A stretch of DNA of 64,000 bases from an uncultured cyanobacterium. Lineage in GTDB: Bacteria > Cyanobacteriota > Cyanobacteriia > Cyanobacteriales > Cyanobacteriaceae. Made by a program: the position numbers and the translations under genes. Shown here one piece after another: positions 22,943 through 33,616 of this stretch. The first letter of the stretch is position 1; each line of letters starts with the position of its first letter. The DNA lies in NCBI GenBank assembly GCA_963749915.1, contig CAVVOP010000008.1, positions 224,001 through 288,000 of the forward strand. The letters are read 5' to 3'. The notes under the pieces were generated by a model. The model ran no database searches. It worked only from the letters and a program-made list of their open reading frames with translations, and had not been told where the DNA came from.

Positions 22943-23481
22943 CGAGGTTTCCTCCTAATTTTTTATGTTGCAATTAATTTTTCTAAGATTTATAAAGTTG
23001 CCACAGATCGACTCGAATCTTCACAACAAACCGGCTAGTAAACTCTTTTGAATCACTAACTGCTCATTTTTGATTATTAAATTGTGTCTCATCATCCCAC
23101 AAAGACGCAAGTGTCATTGATTGCTTTACTATCAACTTAATTATCAGAATTTTATTTAATTTGTTTTTTAATCGAGAATAATCTGGGGTTTTTTAAATGT
23201 TTGACCTTTACTATAAGCTATCTTCTGACCTTTAGATCCTAACACACTTATAATTGCCTATTAAGTCGAATTTATTTTTCTAGGGAATTTTTAAATTTAC
23301 CCCATAGAAAAATTATGGAACTATAATAAGTATTTATACTCATTGTTCAAAATGAGCAGTTCAGCAATTTTTGCTATGATATTCATTAAAGTAGTTATTT
23401 TAAACAAGGAAAGTGTTTCTGGACTTACCCTTGATCAAGAATAACAAGTTTTAGTTCTAAAGTAAAGGAGAATCTAAGATT

Positions 23482-23658
23482 ATGTCTAATTCAATGGGAT
23501 TATCATTAGAGCAACAATTCAATTTACGTTCTTTTCAAACTCAGGTAGAAAACATGAGTAGAGAACAGGCAACGGATTTTTTAATCAAGTTGTACGAAGA
23601 GATGTTAGTTAGGGAAAATATTTACAAGGATGTCCTCAAGCATCAATGGGGACTTTAG
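23482..23658 (+). CDS. nblA: Phycobilisome degradation protein NblA (58 aa, absent from the ORF track)
   Basis: Manual translation MSNSMGLSLEQQFNLRSFQTQVENMSREQATDFLIKLYEEMLVRENIYKDVLKHQWGL; AAGGAG upstream. Confidence 0.93.
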   Translation: MSNSMGLSLEQQFNLRSFQTQVENMSREQATDFLIKLYEEMLVRENIYKDVLKHQWGL

Positions 23659-23804
23659 CAATGAACAATTGGGAATGAGGATTTAATAAAATAGCAAAGT
23701 TGACGTTTCAACACTTGGAAAATTTAGTCATCGGAAAAACAAGTTTCTTAAGTCATTTTGTCCCCGTTCCCTAACAATTAACAATTAAAAATTTATCAAC
23801 TATC

Positions 23805-23831
23805 AAGGGGGTTTAATATCTTTAACCCCTA
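23805..23831. terminator. Putative hairpin between convergent nblA and rsmI
   Basis: AGGGGGTTTAA...TTTAACCCCT imperfect inverted repeat. Confidence 0.4.
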
Positions 23832-23954
23832 CAATCAACTGTTAATTATTGTCCTGCCATGGTTTGACGGAAACAATGAGTTGCCATAGGGTATCCAGAA
23901 AAAGAAAAGATCTCGAGGCTAGGCAACGCCCACCAGTTAGGAAGACTACAAGAT

Positions 23955-24785
23955 TTAATTATTGACGACTAACTTATAAATTTCCCGGCGAGATAAGTTG
24001 GTATATCTTGCTAAGTGTTGGCTGGCTTGGGTTTTACTCATGCCTTGTTTTAATAATTTGTCGATTTCTTGTTTAATTTCCGTCGCTGATAGTTCTATTT
24101 GTTCTTTTTCGTTATTTCCTTCCACAATAATGGTATATTCTCCCTTTGGTTCATGATTTTGATAAAATTCCATGGCTTTTTGAAGACTACCTCGCCAAAA
24201 ATCTTCATGAAGTTTAGTTAATTCTCTTGCCAAACTAATGTTTCTATTTACTCCGAAAAATTGAGCCAAATCTGCTAAGGTTTTCTCTAAACGATGAGGG
24301 GCTTCATAAAAAATCAGGGTGCGTTTTTCTCCTTGTAATTTGTTTAATAAATCATCTCTTAATTTCTTTTTCGTGGGCAAAAATCCTTCAAAACAAAATT
24401 TTTCTGTGGGTAGTCCTGATGCCACTAATCCGTTGATAGCGGCGATCGCCCCCGGGATTGGTATAATTTTAATGTTAGACTCAATACAAGCCAATACTAA
24501 ATGATAACCCGGATCAGAAATAGCGGGTGTTCCCGCATCGGTGACTAAGGCAATATTTAAACCTTCTAAGAGTTTTGTTGATAATTCCGTGACTCTAGCT
24601 TGATGATTGTGCTGATGATAACTGATAGTCGGAGTTTTGATTTGATAATGTTGTAATAATTTAGCCGTATGTCGAGTATCTTCGGCAGCGATTAAGTCAA
24701 CGGTTTGTAAGATTTCGATCGCACGAAATGTAATGTCTTTTAAATTGCCGATGGGAGTAGCCACAAGGTAAAGTATTCCTGTCAC
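23955..24785 (-). CDS. rsmI: 16S rRNA (cytidine1402-2'-O)-methyltransferase
   Basis: LYLVATPIGNL, AAEDTR, DAGTPAISDPG, RELTKLHE. Confidence 0.96.
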   Translation of the reverse strand: MTGILYLVATPIGNLKDITFRAIEILQTVDLIAAEDTRHTAKLLQHYQIKTPTISYHQHNHQARVTELSTKLLEGLNIALVTDAGTPAISDPGYHLVLACIESNIKIIPIPGAIAAINGLVASGLPTEKFCFEGFLPTKKKLRDDLLNKLQGEKRTLIFYEAPHRLEKTLADLAQFFGVNRNISLARELTKLHEDFWRGSLQKAMEFYQNHEPKGEYTIIVEGNNEKEQIELSATEIKQEIDKLLKQGMSKTQASQHLARYTNLSRREIYKLVVNN

Positions 24786-24797
24786 AGTAATTTTTAG

Positions 24798-25394
24798 TTA
24801 TTCGCTAATTCTTGAAGTTGAGGGGATGAAATGGCACTGGGTATCAAGGGCTTTTGATAATAATTTCATATATTCTTTGTTATCAATGATATATGATCCA
24901 AATCTTTCGAGATGGGGATTTTGCATTTGGGCATCTAATAAAACAAAATTTTGCGATCGCAAATGTTCAACTAATTTAACCATTGCAACCTTAGAGGCAT
25001 CAGGAATCTTAAAAAACATTGATTCACCAATAAAGGCACCTCGAATAACAATACCTAAGATACCCCCTGCTAATTGATCATTTTGCCATGTTTCAAAACT
25101 ATAAGCCCAACCGGCACGATTTAATTCCAGATAAATATCAATTAATTCTCGAGAAATCCAAGTTGTCTTTCGATGGGCACAACCTCGACAAACTCCCAAA
25201 AAATCATGATTAATAGCCACAGAAAAGGTATTTTTATTTAATACCCGTTGTAAAGACTTAGGATAACGAAAGCGATTATCCAGGGGAATTAATGTTCTTT
25301 GGTGGCTAGAATACCACGCCAACTGTTGATAATCGTCAGCCATTAAAAAATTACCGTGAGCATACCCCTGAATAATAGAGGGAATATCGATCAT
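24798..25394 (-). CDS. aat: Leucyl/phenylalanyl-tRNA-protein transferase
   Basis: TWIS, FIGESMF, DASKVA, LDAQ..NPHL. Confidence 0.93.
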   Translation of the reverse strand: MIDIPSIIQGYAHGNFLMADDYQQLAWYSSHQRTLIPLDNRFRYPKSLQRVLNKNTFSVAINHDFLGVCRGCAHRKTTWISRELIDIYLELNRAGWAYSFETWQNDQLAGGILGIVIRGAFIGESMFFKIPDASKVAMVKLVEHLRSQNFVLLDAQMQNPHLERFGSYIIDNKEYMKLLSKALDTQCHFIPSTSRISE

Positions 25395-25453
25395 AACTGC
25401 GGAACCAAATATATATAATTTCTAATAAAGGAAACATATATTATTATTTAATC

Positions 25454-25786
25454 ATGTCTCAACCTATTCCTCCTATTGTTTTACCACCCCTAGAAAATGC
25501 CGATGTTGAACAAATTTGGCTCAAAACCAATTTACATCAGTGGTTAGATGAACAATTTATCCCTGAAGTTATTAATGAGACTATTGCCTCAAGGGCGGCT
25601 CAAATCTTTATCCGTCAACGCTTAGAAGGGGAAAACGATCTCGGTTCGCTGGTTATTGCTATAGTAACTGAAATGCAATCTTTTGACTTTCAAAAAAGTT
25701 TTTATAGTGAATTTGCCATCGCTAATGCTGTCAGTGATTTAGTTCTCAAAAGTCTGGGCATTAACTCCTGTTGTGGGGAAGACTAG
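25454..25786 (+). CDS. Conserved hypothetical protein
   Basis: WLDEQFIPE, RQRLEGENDL; typical cyanobacterial small protein. Confidence 0.75.
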   Translation: MSQPIPPIVLPPLENADVEQIWLKTNLHQWLDEQFIPEVINETIASRAAQIFIRQRLEGENDLGSLVIAIVTEMQSFDFQKSFYSEFAIANAVSDLVLKSLGINSCCGED

Positions 25787-25948
25787 TGGTAGAATGCAGA
25801 ATCAAAAACCCTTTTAAGTTGGGAAAATTGAGTTTTATTATGAAAAAGTAAGACGGAGAAAATAGAGGCAACTTAACTATATGCAAAAAATCAACTTTAT
25901 AAGCAAATATAACAATAAAAAAACTAATAATATCAAGTAAAAATAGCG

Positions 25949-26992
25949 GTGGACTATTATAACTTTAACCCCTATCAAATAACTGTTAAAAATAATTGTT
26001 TTTTCGGCTTACCTACCACCATCGAAGATAGCAAAATAGTCTTTTTAAGTGTACCTTGGGACGCTACTGTTTCTTACGGTGAAGGTACAGCCAAAGGACC
26101 TCAAGCCATTCTTGACGCTTCCTACCAATTAGACTGGTATGATTTTGATTTACCCCAAGCATGGGAAAAAGGTTATGCCACCATCCCCATTGATAGGGAA
26201 ATTCAGGCAAAAAGTGAAGCAACAAGGGCGATCGCAAAAAAAGTGATAGACTATTTAGAATCAGGAAATGATCTTAATGACAAAGCCATCGCTTCAGAAT
26301 TGGCAACGGTAAATCAAGCAAGTACAGAATTAAATAACTGGGTCTATACTCAATGTAAAACTTTGTTATCTCAAGGCAAACTAATCGCTTTAATCGGTGG
26401 CGATCATAGTGTGCCCTTAGGTTACATGAGGGCTCTTACAGAATCTCATCAAGAATATAGCATTTTACATGTAGATGCCCATGCAGACTTACGAAAAGCT
26501 TACGAAGGCTTTACTTACTCTCACGCTTCTATTATGTATAATATCTTGCAATTGCCAAATATTAGTAAATTAGTCCAAGTGGGCATTCGGGATTTATGTC
26601 AGGAAGAAATGGATAAAATTCAAAATGAAAATCGTATTGTTTTATTTGATGATTGGCAGTTAAAAAATAATATTTATCAAGGAATGTCATGGCAACAACA
26701 ATGTCAAAATATTATCTATAATTTGTCAGAAAAAGTTTATATTAGTTTTGATATCGATGGATTAAATCAAGCATTTTGCCCGAATACTGGCACCCCCGTT
26801 GCTGGTGGTTTAGACTTTAATCAAGCCATCTATTTAATACAAACTTTGGTTAAATCTGGGAAGAAAATTATTGGTTTTGATCTTTGTGAAGTAGCTCCTA
26901 GTAAGGTAAATGAAGATCAATGGGATGGTAATATTGGAGCTAGATTACTTTATAAACTCACAAATTTAATGTACCTTTCTCAGAATCATTAA
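25949..26992 (+). CDS. Agmatinase/arginase family ureohydrolase
   Basis: GGDHS, DAHADL, SFDIDGL, TGTPVAGG. Confidence 0.9.
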   Translation: MDYYNFNPYQITVKNNCFFGLPTTIEDSKIVFLSVPWDATVSYGEGTAKGPQAILDASYQLDWYDFDLPQAWEKGYATIPIDREIQAKSEATRAIAKKVIDYLESGNDLNDKAIASELATVNQASTELNNWVYTQCKTLLSQGKLIALIGGDHSVPLGYMRALTESHQEYSILHVDAHADLRKAYEGFTYSHASIMYNILQLPNISKLVQVGIRDLCQEEMDKIQNENRIVLFDDWQLKNNIYQGMSWQQQCQNIIYNLSEKVYISFDIDGLNQAFCPNTGTPVAGGLDFNQAIYLIQTLVKSGKKIIGFDLCEVAPSKVNEDQWDGNIGARLLYKLTNLMYLSQNH

Positions 26993-28803
26993 TTTTCGCT
27001 CTGCATAGGAAATTTAGGAATAGAGGCGATTAGTTTTCGGGTATATTCTCTTTGAGGATTGTCGATTATTTGCGTCGCTGTGGACATTTCTTCAATTTGT
27101 CCTTGATTCATTACCATTATACGATCGCTCATAAATTTGACAACACTTAAATCATGGGAGATGAAAATATAAGTTAAGCCAAATTCTGCTTGCAACTCTT
27201 TGAGTAGATTTAACACCTGGGCTTGAATGGACACATCTAGTGCCGATACCGACTCATCGCAGATGACTAATTGAGGATTCAAAGCTAATGCTCTAGCAAT
27301 ACAGACCCTCTGGCGTTGCCCTCCTGATAACTCGTGGGGATAACGGTCAAACCAGTGAGGATTCAAGCCGACTCTATCAAGTAAATATCTAACTCTTTCT
27401 TGGCGTTTTTTGTTATTCCCACCCATGCCGTGAATTACCATCGGCTCAATGATGGTATTGCCGATACTGATGCGGGGATTGAGAGAATTATAGGGATTTT
27501 GGAAAACAATTTGCATTTCTCGGCGTAATTGCCTTAAATGCTTACTTCTGGGGGCTAATGTGGTTAAGTCTTGCCCTAAAAACTCGATTTTGCCGGCCTC
27601 GGTGGGAATTAACCTTAAAATAGTGCGAGCTAAGGTGGATTTACCACACCCTGATTCTCCCACTAAGCCTAAAGTTTCCCCTGGAAATACTTGAAAACTA
27701 ACATTATTCACAGCCCAAAAATATTCTTTGTGCCAAGGTAATGATCCTTGTTTGGGGAATCCAACCCTTAATTTTTCCACCGTCAGCAGGGCTTGATTGA
27801 GCTTTATTTCCCTTGGATTTACCGCCAATGAGGGGGAGGGAACGGCGATGGTCGTCTCTTGATTATCAGCCATAAAATCCGCTACAGTGGGCAAATAAGC
27901 ACGAGTTTCTTCTAAACGAGGGCGACAAGCGAGTAAACCTTTAGTATAGGGTTGTTGAGGATTAAAGAGAATTTCTCTGGTTTTGGCGTATTCAACGATT
28001 TTTCCTTGATACATTACCGCTAAACTATCGGCGATATTGGCAACCACCGCTAAGTCATGGGTGATGAAAATTAGGGACATTTGCCGACTACGGCATAATT
28101 CTTTTAACAATTCTAAGATGGTAGCTTGCACTGTCACATCTAAAGCCGTAGTAGGTTCATCGGCAATTAAAATACTCGGTTGACAGGAAATAGCGATGGC
28201 AATCATGACCCTTTGTAATTGTCCGCCACTCATCTCATGGGGAAAACGTTTTAAAATTGCTCGTTTGCGCTGGTTGAGATATGATTGAATTTCTTTTTCG
28301 GAAGGATTTTTAAGGATATTTTGTTGTAAAAATTCTGCCGTTAATTCTTCATCCCTGGGTAAAAGTTTTACTTCCTGTAATAAATTGATAGCCCTTCCCG
28401 TCGCTTCCAACTCCGAAATATTTTGATGTAAACGGATAGCTTCGGTGATCTGAAAACCAATATTATAAACGGGGTTTAGTGAACTCATGGGTTCTTGAAA
28501 TATCATCGCGATCTTGCCACCACGATAATGTCTTTTTGCCTCCTCAGACAAAGAAACGATATCAACGGGGGGATTAGCTTGATTATCGTGGAAGTAAATT
28601 TCACCGCCGCTAATTTTTCCTGATGATGGCAATAACCCCATAATACCAAGAGATGTCACAGATTTTCCCGAACCAGATTCTCCCACAATGCCTAAAGTTT
28701 CGCCTTTTGCTAGAGATACACTGATTTTATCCACGGCAATGGTAGCTTGACCCTCATCATTAGTAAAAATTACTTGTAAGTTACAAATATCAAGAATAGT
28801 CAT
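26989..28803 (-). CDS. Peptide ABC transporter ATP-binding protein (two fused NBDs)
   Basis: GESGSGKS and GESGCGKS Walker A motifs; two SGGQ signatures. Confidence 0.92.
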   Translation of the reverse strand: MTILDICNLQVIFTNDEGQATIAVDKISVSLAKGETLGIVGESGSGKSVTSLGIMGLLPSSGKISGGEIYFHDNQANPPVDIVSLSEEAKRHYRGGKIAMIFQEPMSSLNPVYNIGFQITEAIRLHQNISELEATGRAINLLQEVKLLPRDEELTAEFLQQNILKNPSEKEIQSYLNQRKRAILKRFPHEMSGGQLQRVMIAIAISCQPSILIADEPTTALDVTVQATILELLKELCRSRQMSLIFITHDLAVVANIADSLAVMYQGKIVEYAKTREILFNPQQPYTKGLLACRPRLEETRAYLPTVADFMADNQETTIAVPSPSLAVNPREIKLNQALLTVEKLRVGFPKQGSLPWHKEYFWAVNNVSFQVFPGETLGLVGESGCGKSTLARTILRLIPTEAGKIEFLGQDLTTLAPRSKHLRQLRREMQIVFQNPYNSLNPRISIGNTIIEPMVIHGMGGNNKKRQERVRYLLDRVGLNPHWFDRYPHELSGGQRQRVCIARALALNPQLVICDESVSALDVSIQAQVLNLLKELQAEFGLTYIFISHDLSVVKFMSDRIMVMNQGQIEEMSTATQIIDNPQREYTRKLIASIPKFPMQSEN

Positions 28804-28867
28804 AAGTAATAAATAATAAGTGGCAATAGGGAATAACTATAATATGATAATGGTTAATTGTTGATCA

Positions 28868-29350
28868 TTAATCAATGGCATTTCTTAAACCACAAGCTCC
28901 AGCATAGGCAATGGCGATGGCATCTACACTGTCATTAATGGGTAATTGTGGTAAATCAAAAATCTGTCGCAACATTTCTGCCACTTCATCCTTAGTGGCT
29001 CGACCACTACCCAGATGTGCTTTCCAACTGGCTTGGTGTAAGAAAATAGGGGTTATTTGGGCCTCACGATAACACACTAAATTAATCACCCCTAAGCCCT
29101 GTAAAACCTTGCCTGCAGACTTTATTTGCCGACTAAAAAAGGGCATTTCGATGGCAACACGATCTGGTTTAAACTCTTGGATTATACTTACAAAATCTGC
29201 TTCTAATTCCGCTAGACGCTCTCCTGTGGGCATACTTTGATAAGTTTCAATAATCCCGTATTCAATGATTTCGGGGGTTTTTGTTTCATCCCCTTCCAAA
29301 ATAGCCCAACCGATGATCGCCAATCCGGGATCAATTCCTAACCAAATCAT
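28868..29350 (-). CDS. ruvC: Holliday junction resolvase RuvC
   Basis: LGIDPG, AIE, G.G.ATK, DSVDAIAIA. Confidence 0.88.
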   Translation of the reverse strand: MIWLGIDPGLAIIGWAILEGDETKTPEIIEYGIIETYQSMPTGERLAELEADFVSIIQEFKPDRVAIEMPFFSRQIKSAGKVLQGLGVINLVCYREAQITPIFLHQASWKAHLGSGRATKDEVAEMLRQIFDLPQLPINDSVDAIAIAYAGACGLRNAID

Positions 29351-29383
29351 ATAGCAATTAATATTATTAAAGAAGTCTAATGA

Positions 29384-30100
29384 TCATGGCATCCACTCAA
29401 AACCAACACTAACCTGGGAGTCGTTTTGTTTGATAGAATTTTGCCAAGCGATTTCTGTGGATAAACGCAAATTTTTAGTTACGGCATAACCAACATTTAT
29501 TTGTGTAATACCTACCTCATCATTACTGGAAGGAGAAATAAAACTTTGAGAAAAAAATATATCTGCCGCACCTTGGGGTGAAAGGGCAAAAGCCACTCTC
29601 AACCCCACATTTACCCCCCCAGTATTATAACCGCTAGTTTCTATGTATTTATATCCCACCATCGGTGCAATATTGACATAATTTCCTAAGGGTAAAAGAT
29701 AATATTGTACGTTCGCCCCCACAGATAAACGATGACTTTTCGGATGAGAACTATTACTCAAATCACTGCTATAGTTAGCACTAAAAGTTAAAGGGGTATT
29801 GCCGATAAAAATATCTTCCGCCCCAACGAAAATCCCCCCAGAGTCATTATTAGAAGGAAATTGACTGTAACCAAAACGATATCGAGTACGGAAACTCGGT
29901 TGATGAAGAATTTTGGAGGAAATATCAGGAATTTCTTGTATCCATTGTTGAATAACGGGACTATTCTCGATAATTGAGGGATCTAAATCAAATTCTTGAC
30001 TTTTTTCAGGAACATTAACAGTTTCAGCCACAACCGCAGTTATCGTCATCGTGTTAATTACTGACAGTAAAATAAATAAAAATGTAGGAATAAAATTCAC
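29384..30100 (-). CDS. Exported, probably outer-membrane beta-barrel, hypothetical protein
   Basis: Signal peptide, alternating beta-strand pattern, aromatic C-terminus. Confidence 0.65.
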   Translation of the reverse strand: MNFIPTFLFILLSVINTMTITAVVAETVNVPEKSQEFDLDPSIIENSPVIQQWIQEIPDISSKILHQPSFRTRYRFGYSQFPSNNDSGGIFVGAEDIFIGNTPLTFSANYSSDLSNSSHPKSHRLSVGANVQYYLLPLGNYVNIAPMVGYKYIETSGYNTGGVNVGLRVAFALSPQGAADIFFSQSFISPSSNDEVGITQINVGYAVTKNLRLSTEIAWQNSIKQNDSQVSVGFEWMP

Positions 30101-30121
30101 AAAATTGAGTTGTTGGCAAAA

Positions 30122-31720
30122 TTAAAACATGGATTGTAATTCATTAAAAACATGATCAAATTTTCGAGTGGATTGCTCTAAGGCTTCTAAATGAGGGCGA
30201 ATGTGGTTCAGCTGTTCTTGAATTGGATGTAATATCTGTTCTAAAAGACTAATCTCCGTTTGAGTTTTAATAACATCTTGATAAGATTGTAGCCAATGCT
30301 CCTGTTCTTGTTCAAGTTGAACCTGTTGTTGCTCACATTTTTGTTTTTCATGGGCAATAGTCTGTTTAACTTCAGTATGATCATGACGCAAAGCATTAAT
30401 TTCTTCATGAAGTTTATCTCGTTGTTGTGCCAAGAGACTTAGTGTCGTTTCAATTTCACCTAAAACAGGACGAAGATTAATAGTATCGGCAAAATCAAGA
30501 TCGATAATCCCCTTACGACGACTAAAAATTCTTAGATGTTGATTGAGCATTTTTTGCTGTCTTTTGAGATTAACTCTTTGTCCTACCAATGTTTTGTTTA
30601 ACATTTTCATCGCTTCTTGAGCATCGGCTAATTCCGTTTCTAAACTAAATTTCTCAACTTCACTAGCTTGATTGATTTTTTCCTGAAGTTGTTTAACTTC
30701 ATCGCTTTGTAAAGTTAATTCTTCTTCTTGTAAATTCACAAAATCAACCAGTTTAGAAGTTTCTTGCTGAAGATCATTAACATTTTTCTCTAAATCTCCT
30801 AAAGACATAATCTCTAGGGCCTGAAAATCAATTTCGATATCATCGCTGTCATCCGCTAAAGAGGAAATTTCTTGATCCAGGCGAGTAAAACTTTCTAAAT
30901 ATATATTCAAGTTCCTGAGGGACTCTTCTTTTTGCTGTAATATTATCTCATCACACTGAAAATCTAAGACGAGTTTTTGTAAGTTCTTTTCTAAAGATTG
31001 TGATTCTTGACGGCGTTGTTCAAGATCATGTTTTTTCCCTTCTAATTCTTGTTGTTTTTGTTCTAAAATAGTCTTTTGGGATTCTAATAGTCGCCAGTAG
31101 TTCTGTAAAACACTTTGCTGAGTATTGACACCAGAAAAAGCCTGATGCAAATTTTCGAGACTAAAAGCATCATCTCTTACCCCGGCTAATAAATTTTGTA
31201 ATTGACTTTGAATTTCCCCTTGGGTACTCTTATTTTCACTCAGTTTCTGTTGTTGTAATCTTAATTGTTCCCATGCCCCATTGAGTTTATTTTTCTCTTC
31301 TTCTAACTCAATTGATTTTTCCTGTTGCTTTTGTAATATTTGCTGCTGTTGATCTAACTCCGCTTGTCTTCGTCCAATTTCTTCTCCTTGTATTCTCAAA
31401 GAAGTTTTCCACTCCTCGATCTCCTCCTCTTGAAATTTAGCTTTTTCAAGGATCCGAGAAAAATGACGTAAATAATTGACCACACGAGCTCCAGCTAACT
31501 CGGGAACTCCTTGAATTTGTTTATTCTTATCTAAATTGACGATATAAAGAGTGCCCTTCACATTTTGATCTGAGACAGTATCCGTAGTAATAACCTCTTC
31601 TCCTGTCACAGTATTCCATGTTTGATCAACTCCTTGAGAAGCTAATAGTTTTAGCTCGGTTTTGTAAGAACCTGTGACAAACGTTCTATTTTGACTTTTT
31701 ACTTCTGCCAGATATAACAC
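30122..31720 (-). CDS. hmpF: Pilus motility/taxis coiled-coil protein HmpF
   Basis: MLYLAEV N-terminus, EEIEEWKTSL, FVNLQEEEL, long coiled coil. Confidence 0.82.
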   Translation of the reverse strand: MLYLAEVKSQNRTFVTGSYKTELKLLASQGVDQTWNTVTGEEVITTDTVSDQNVKGTLYIVNLDKNKQIQGVPELAGARVVNYLRHFSRILEKAKFQEEEIEEWKTSLRIQGEEIGRRQAELDQQQQILQKQQEKSIELEEEKNKLNGAWEQLRLQQQKLSENKSTQGEIQSQLQNLLAGVRDDAFSLENLHQAFSGVNTQQSVLQNYWRLLESQKTILEQKQQELEGKKHDLEQRRQESQSLEKNLQKLVLDFQCDEIILQQKEESLRNLNIYLESFTRLDQEISSLADDSDDIEIDFQALEIMSLGDLEKNVNDLQQETSKLVDFVNLQEEELTLQSDEVKQLQEKINQASEVEKFSLETELADAQEAMKMLNKTLVGQRVNLKRQQKMLNQHLRIFSRRKGIIDLDFADTINLRPVLGEIETTLSLLAQQRDKLHEEINALRHDHTEVKQTIAHEKQKCEQQQVQLEQEQEHWLQSYQDVIKTQTEISLLEQILHPIQEQLNHIRPHLEALEQSTRKFDHVFNELQSMF

Positions 31721-31973
31721 AAATCTTGATTCCTTTATAGTTAATCTTTAAAAACTACCCACTCTGATGATAAATGATAATCCCTTTACTCTAATAAATA
31801 AATGATAATCCTTAACAGCATTATCCTGCCACCAAAATAACTATGAGGATTATTTTAACCTTTTTTCCCGAAACGCCATATCCTAATTTATTAAGGATTT
31901 TAGCTGAATTTCTGTGGCACAATTAAAAACTACAGAAAAAACTATAATTTTTGAGCCAAAAAACAATCAAAAA

Positions 31974-32759
31974 ATGGAACAAAACAATCAATCTCAATAT
32001 CATGACTCCATTCTCACGGCAGTTAATTTATCGAAAAGTTTTGGTGGCTTGAAAGCGGTGAATAATGCCAGTATAAATGTTAAACTTAACAGCATTACTG
32101 GTTTAATTGGTCCTAATGGAGCGGGAAAAAGTACTTTATTCGACCTGCTATCTAATTTTTTGAAGGCTGATAGTGGAAAGATCTTATTTGAAGGTAAAGC
32201 CATTGAGGACTCAGCACCCCATCAAATTGCCAGAAAGGGTTTGATTCGCACTTTTCAAGTAGCCAGAGTCTTATCTCGTTTAACCGTACTAGAAAATATG
32301 TTATTAGGTACTCAGAATCAAACGGGAGAATTTTTATTCTCCGTGGTGTGGAATCAGGGTGAAATTCGGCGAGAGGAGAAAGAAAATAGGGACAAGGCCA
32401 TGAATATCTTGGAATCAGTGGGATTAGCGGAAAAAGCCTATGATTATGCTGGTGCTTTATCCGGTGGACAACGTAAACTATTGGAAATGGCAAGAGCTTT
32501 GATGACTAATCCAAAATTAATTTTACTCGATGAACCAGCCGCCGGAGTTAATCCTAGTTTAATCAATAAAATTTGTGAACATATTGTTCACTGGAAGAAA
32601 CAGGGCATTTCTTTTCTCATCATCGAGCATAATATGGATGTGATTATGTCTCTTTGTAGTCATGTTTGGGTATTAGCAGAAGGTTCAAATTTAGCAGATG
32701 GTAGCCCAGATAAAATCCAAAGTAATCATAAAGTTTTGGAGGCATATCTGGGGGGATAA
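31974..32759 (+). CDS. Branched-chain/neutral amino acid ABC transporter ATP-binding protein (LivG/NatA-like)
   Basis: GPNGAGKS, RTFQ, LSGGQ, LDEPAAG, EAYLG. Confidence 0.9.
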   Translation: MEQNNQSQYHDSILTAVNLSKSFGGLKAVNNASINVKLNSITGLIGPNGAGKSTLFDLLSNFLKADSGKILFEGKAIEDSAPHQIARKGLIRTFQVARVLSRLTVLENMLLGTQNQTGEFLFSVVWNQGEIRREEKENRDKAMNILESVGLAEKAYDYAGALSGGQRKLLEMARALMTNPKLILLDEPAAGVNPSLINKICEHIVHWKKQGISFLIIEHNMDVIMSLCSHVWVLAEGSNLADGSPDKIQSNHKVLEAYLGG

Positions 32760-32812
32760 GTATTTGATACCAGAGTTCGGAATTTGGATTCACTGATTTT
32801 TTCAGCAACCTC

Positions 32813-33151
32813 TTAATTAGTAGAAACTTTTTCCTGGCACCATGAATAATTAACAGGTTGTTTGCTGAGGACACGATAACGACGATAAAAATTAAAGGAT
32901 TCAAATAGTAATCCAGCTATGGCACAAGTGAGTGCAATAGTTAAAATACCAATACTACCCGAACCTTCTCCAAATAATGCCAAAAAATTACATACTTGTT
33001 CATAAACCTTTTCTCCCCATATATTAATCAAAGGTAAATGGGAAACAACTGCCATAAAACCGAGAATGAAAATAAATAAAATAACGGGGGTGGCAAAACT
33101 AACAAGAGTAGTTAATGATAATGAGAAAAATAAAGGTAACCAGATATTCAT
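32813..33151 (-). CDS. Hypothetical membrane protein
   Basis: Two hydrophobic segments, FLALFGEG. Confidence 0.65.
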   Translation of the reverse strand: MNIWLPLFFSLSLTTLVSFATPVILFIFILGFMAVVSHLPLINIWGEKVYEQVCNFLALFGEGSGSIGILTIALTCAIAGLLFESFNFYRRYRVLSKQPVNYSWCQEKVSTN

Positions 33152-33384
33152 TGTTTTTTCTCCCAAATGGGAGTTTTAAGGGGGAAGTTAAAAAATTTTA
33201 ATAGTCATAGGATTTTTTGTTTTCTGACTACTTATATAGGGTAGAACTAAAATCTTCAATTGTCATCAATCTGTCAAGAATCTTAAAAAAACATTAAAAA
33301 ACTTGCCAAAATTACCTTAATGATGTAGAAGAAACTTTATTTTTCTTTACAAAATATTATAATCGTCCAATATAAGGGAAAAAT

Positions 33385-33570
33385 GTCATCAAACGTATTA
33401 AGGCGCCACTTCGTGATCGCTTGGCACAAAATCTGGCTATTGTTAAGTTCCTCAGCAGTTTATTATGCTGCTGCATATTTGTCCTCATCCAACGCCATCA
33501 AGTAGAGGTAGAGGTGACGCTAGAGGTAAGGAGAGCCGGCTAACACCGAGTTGGTGCGGACGGTATAAAA
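33385..33570 (+). ncRNA. ssrS: 6S RNA (SsaA/SsrS), boundaries approximate
   Basis: GC-richer non-coding stretch; 5' GCGCCACTTCGTG pairs with 3' CACCGAGTTGGTGCG; GAGGTAAGGAGAGCCGGC motif resembles cyanobacterial 6S RNA as I recall it; ~185 nt. Confidence 0.8.
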
Positions 33571-33616
33571 GCTTTTTAATCCAGTTTCCCAGAAAAACCC
33601 TCTTGAGCTACAAATT

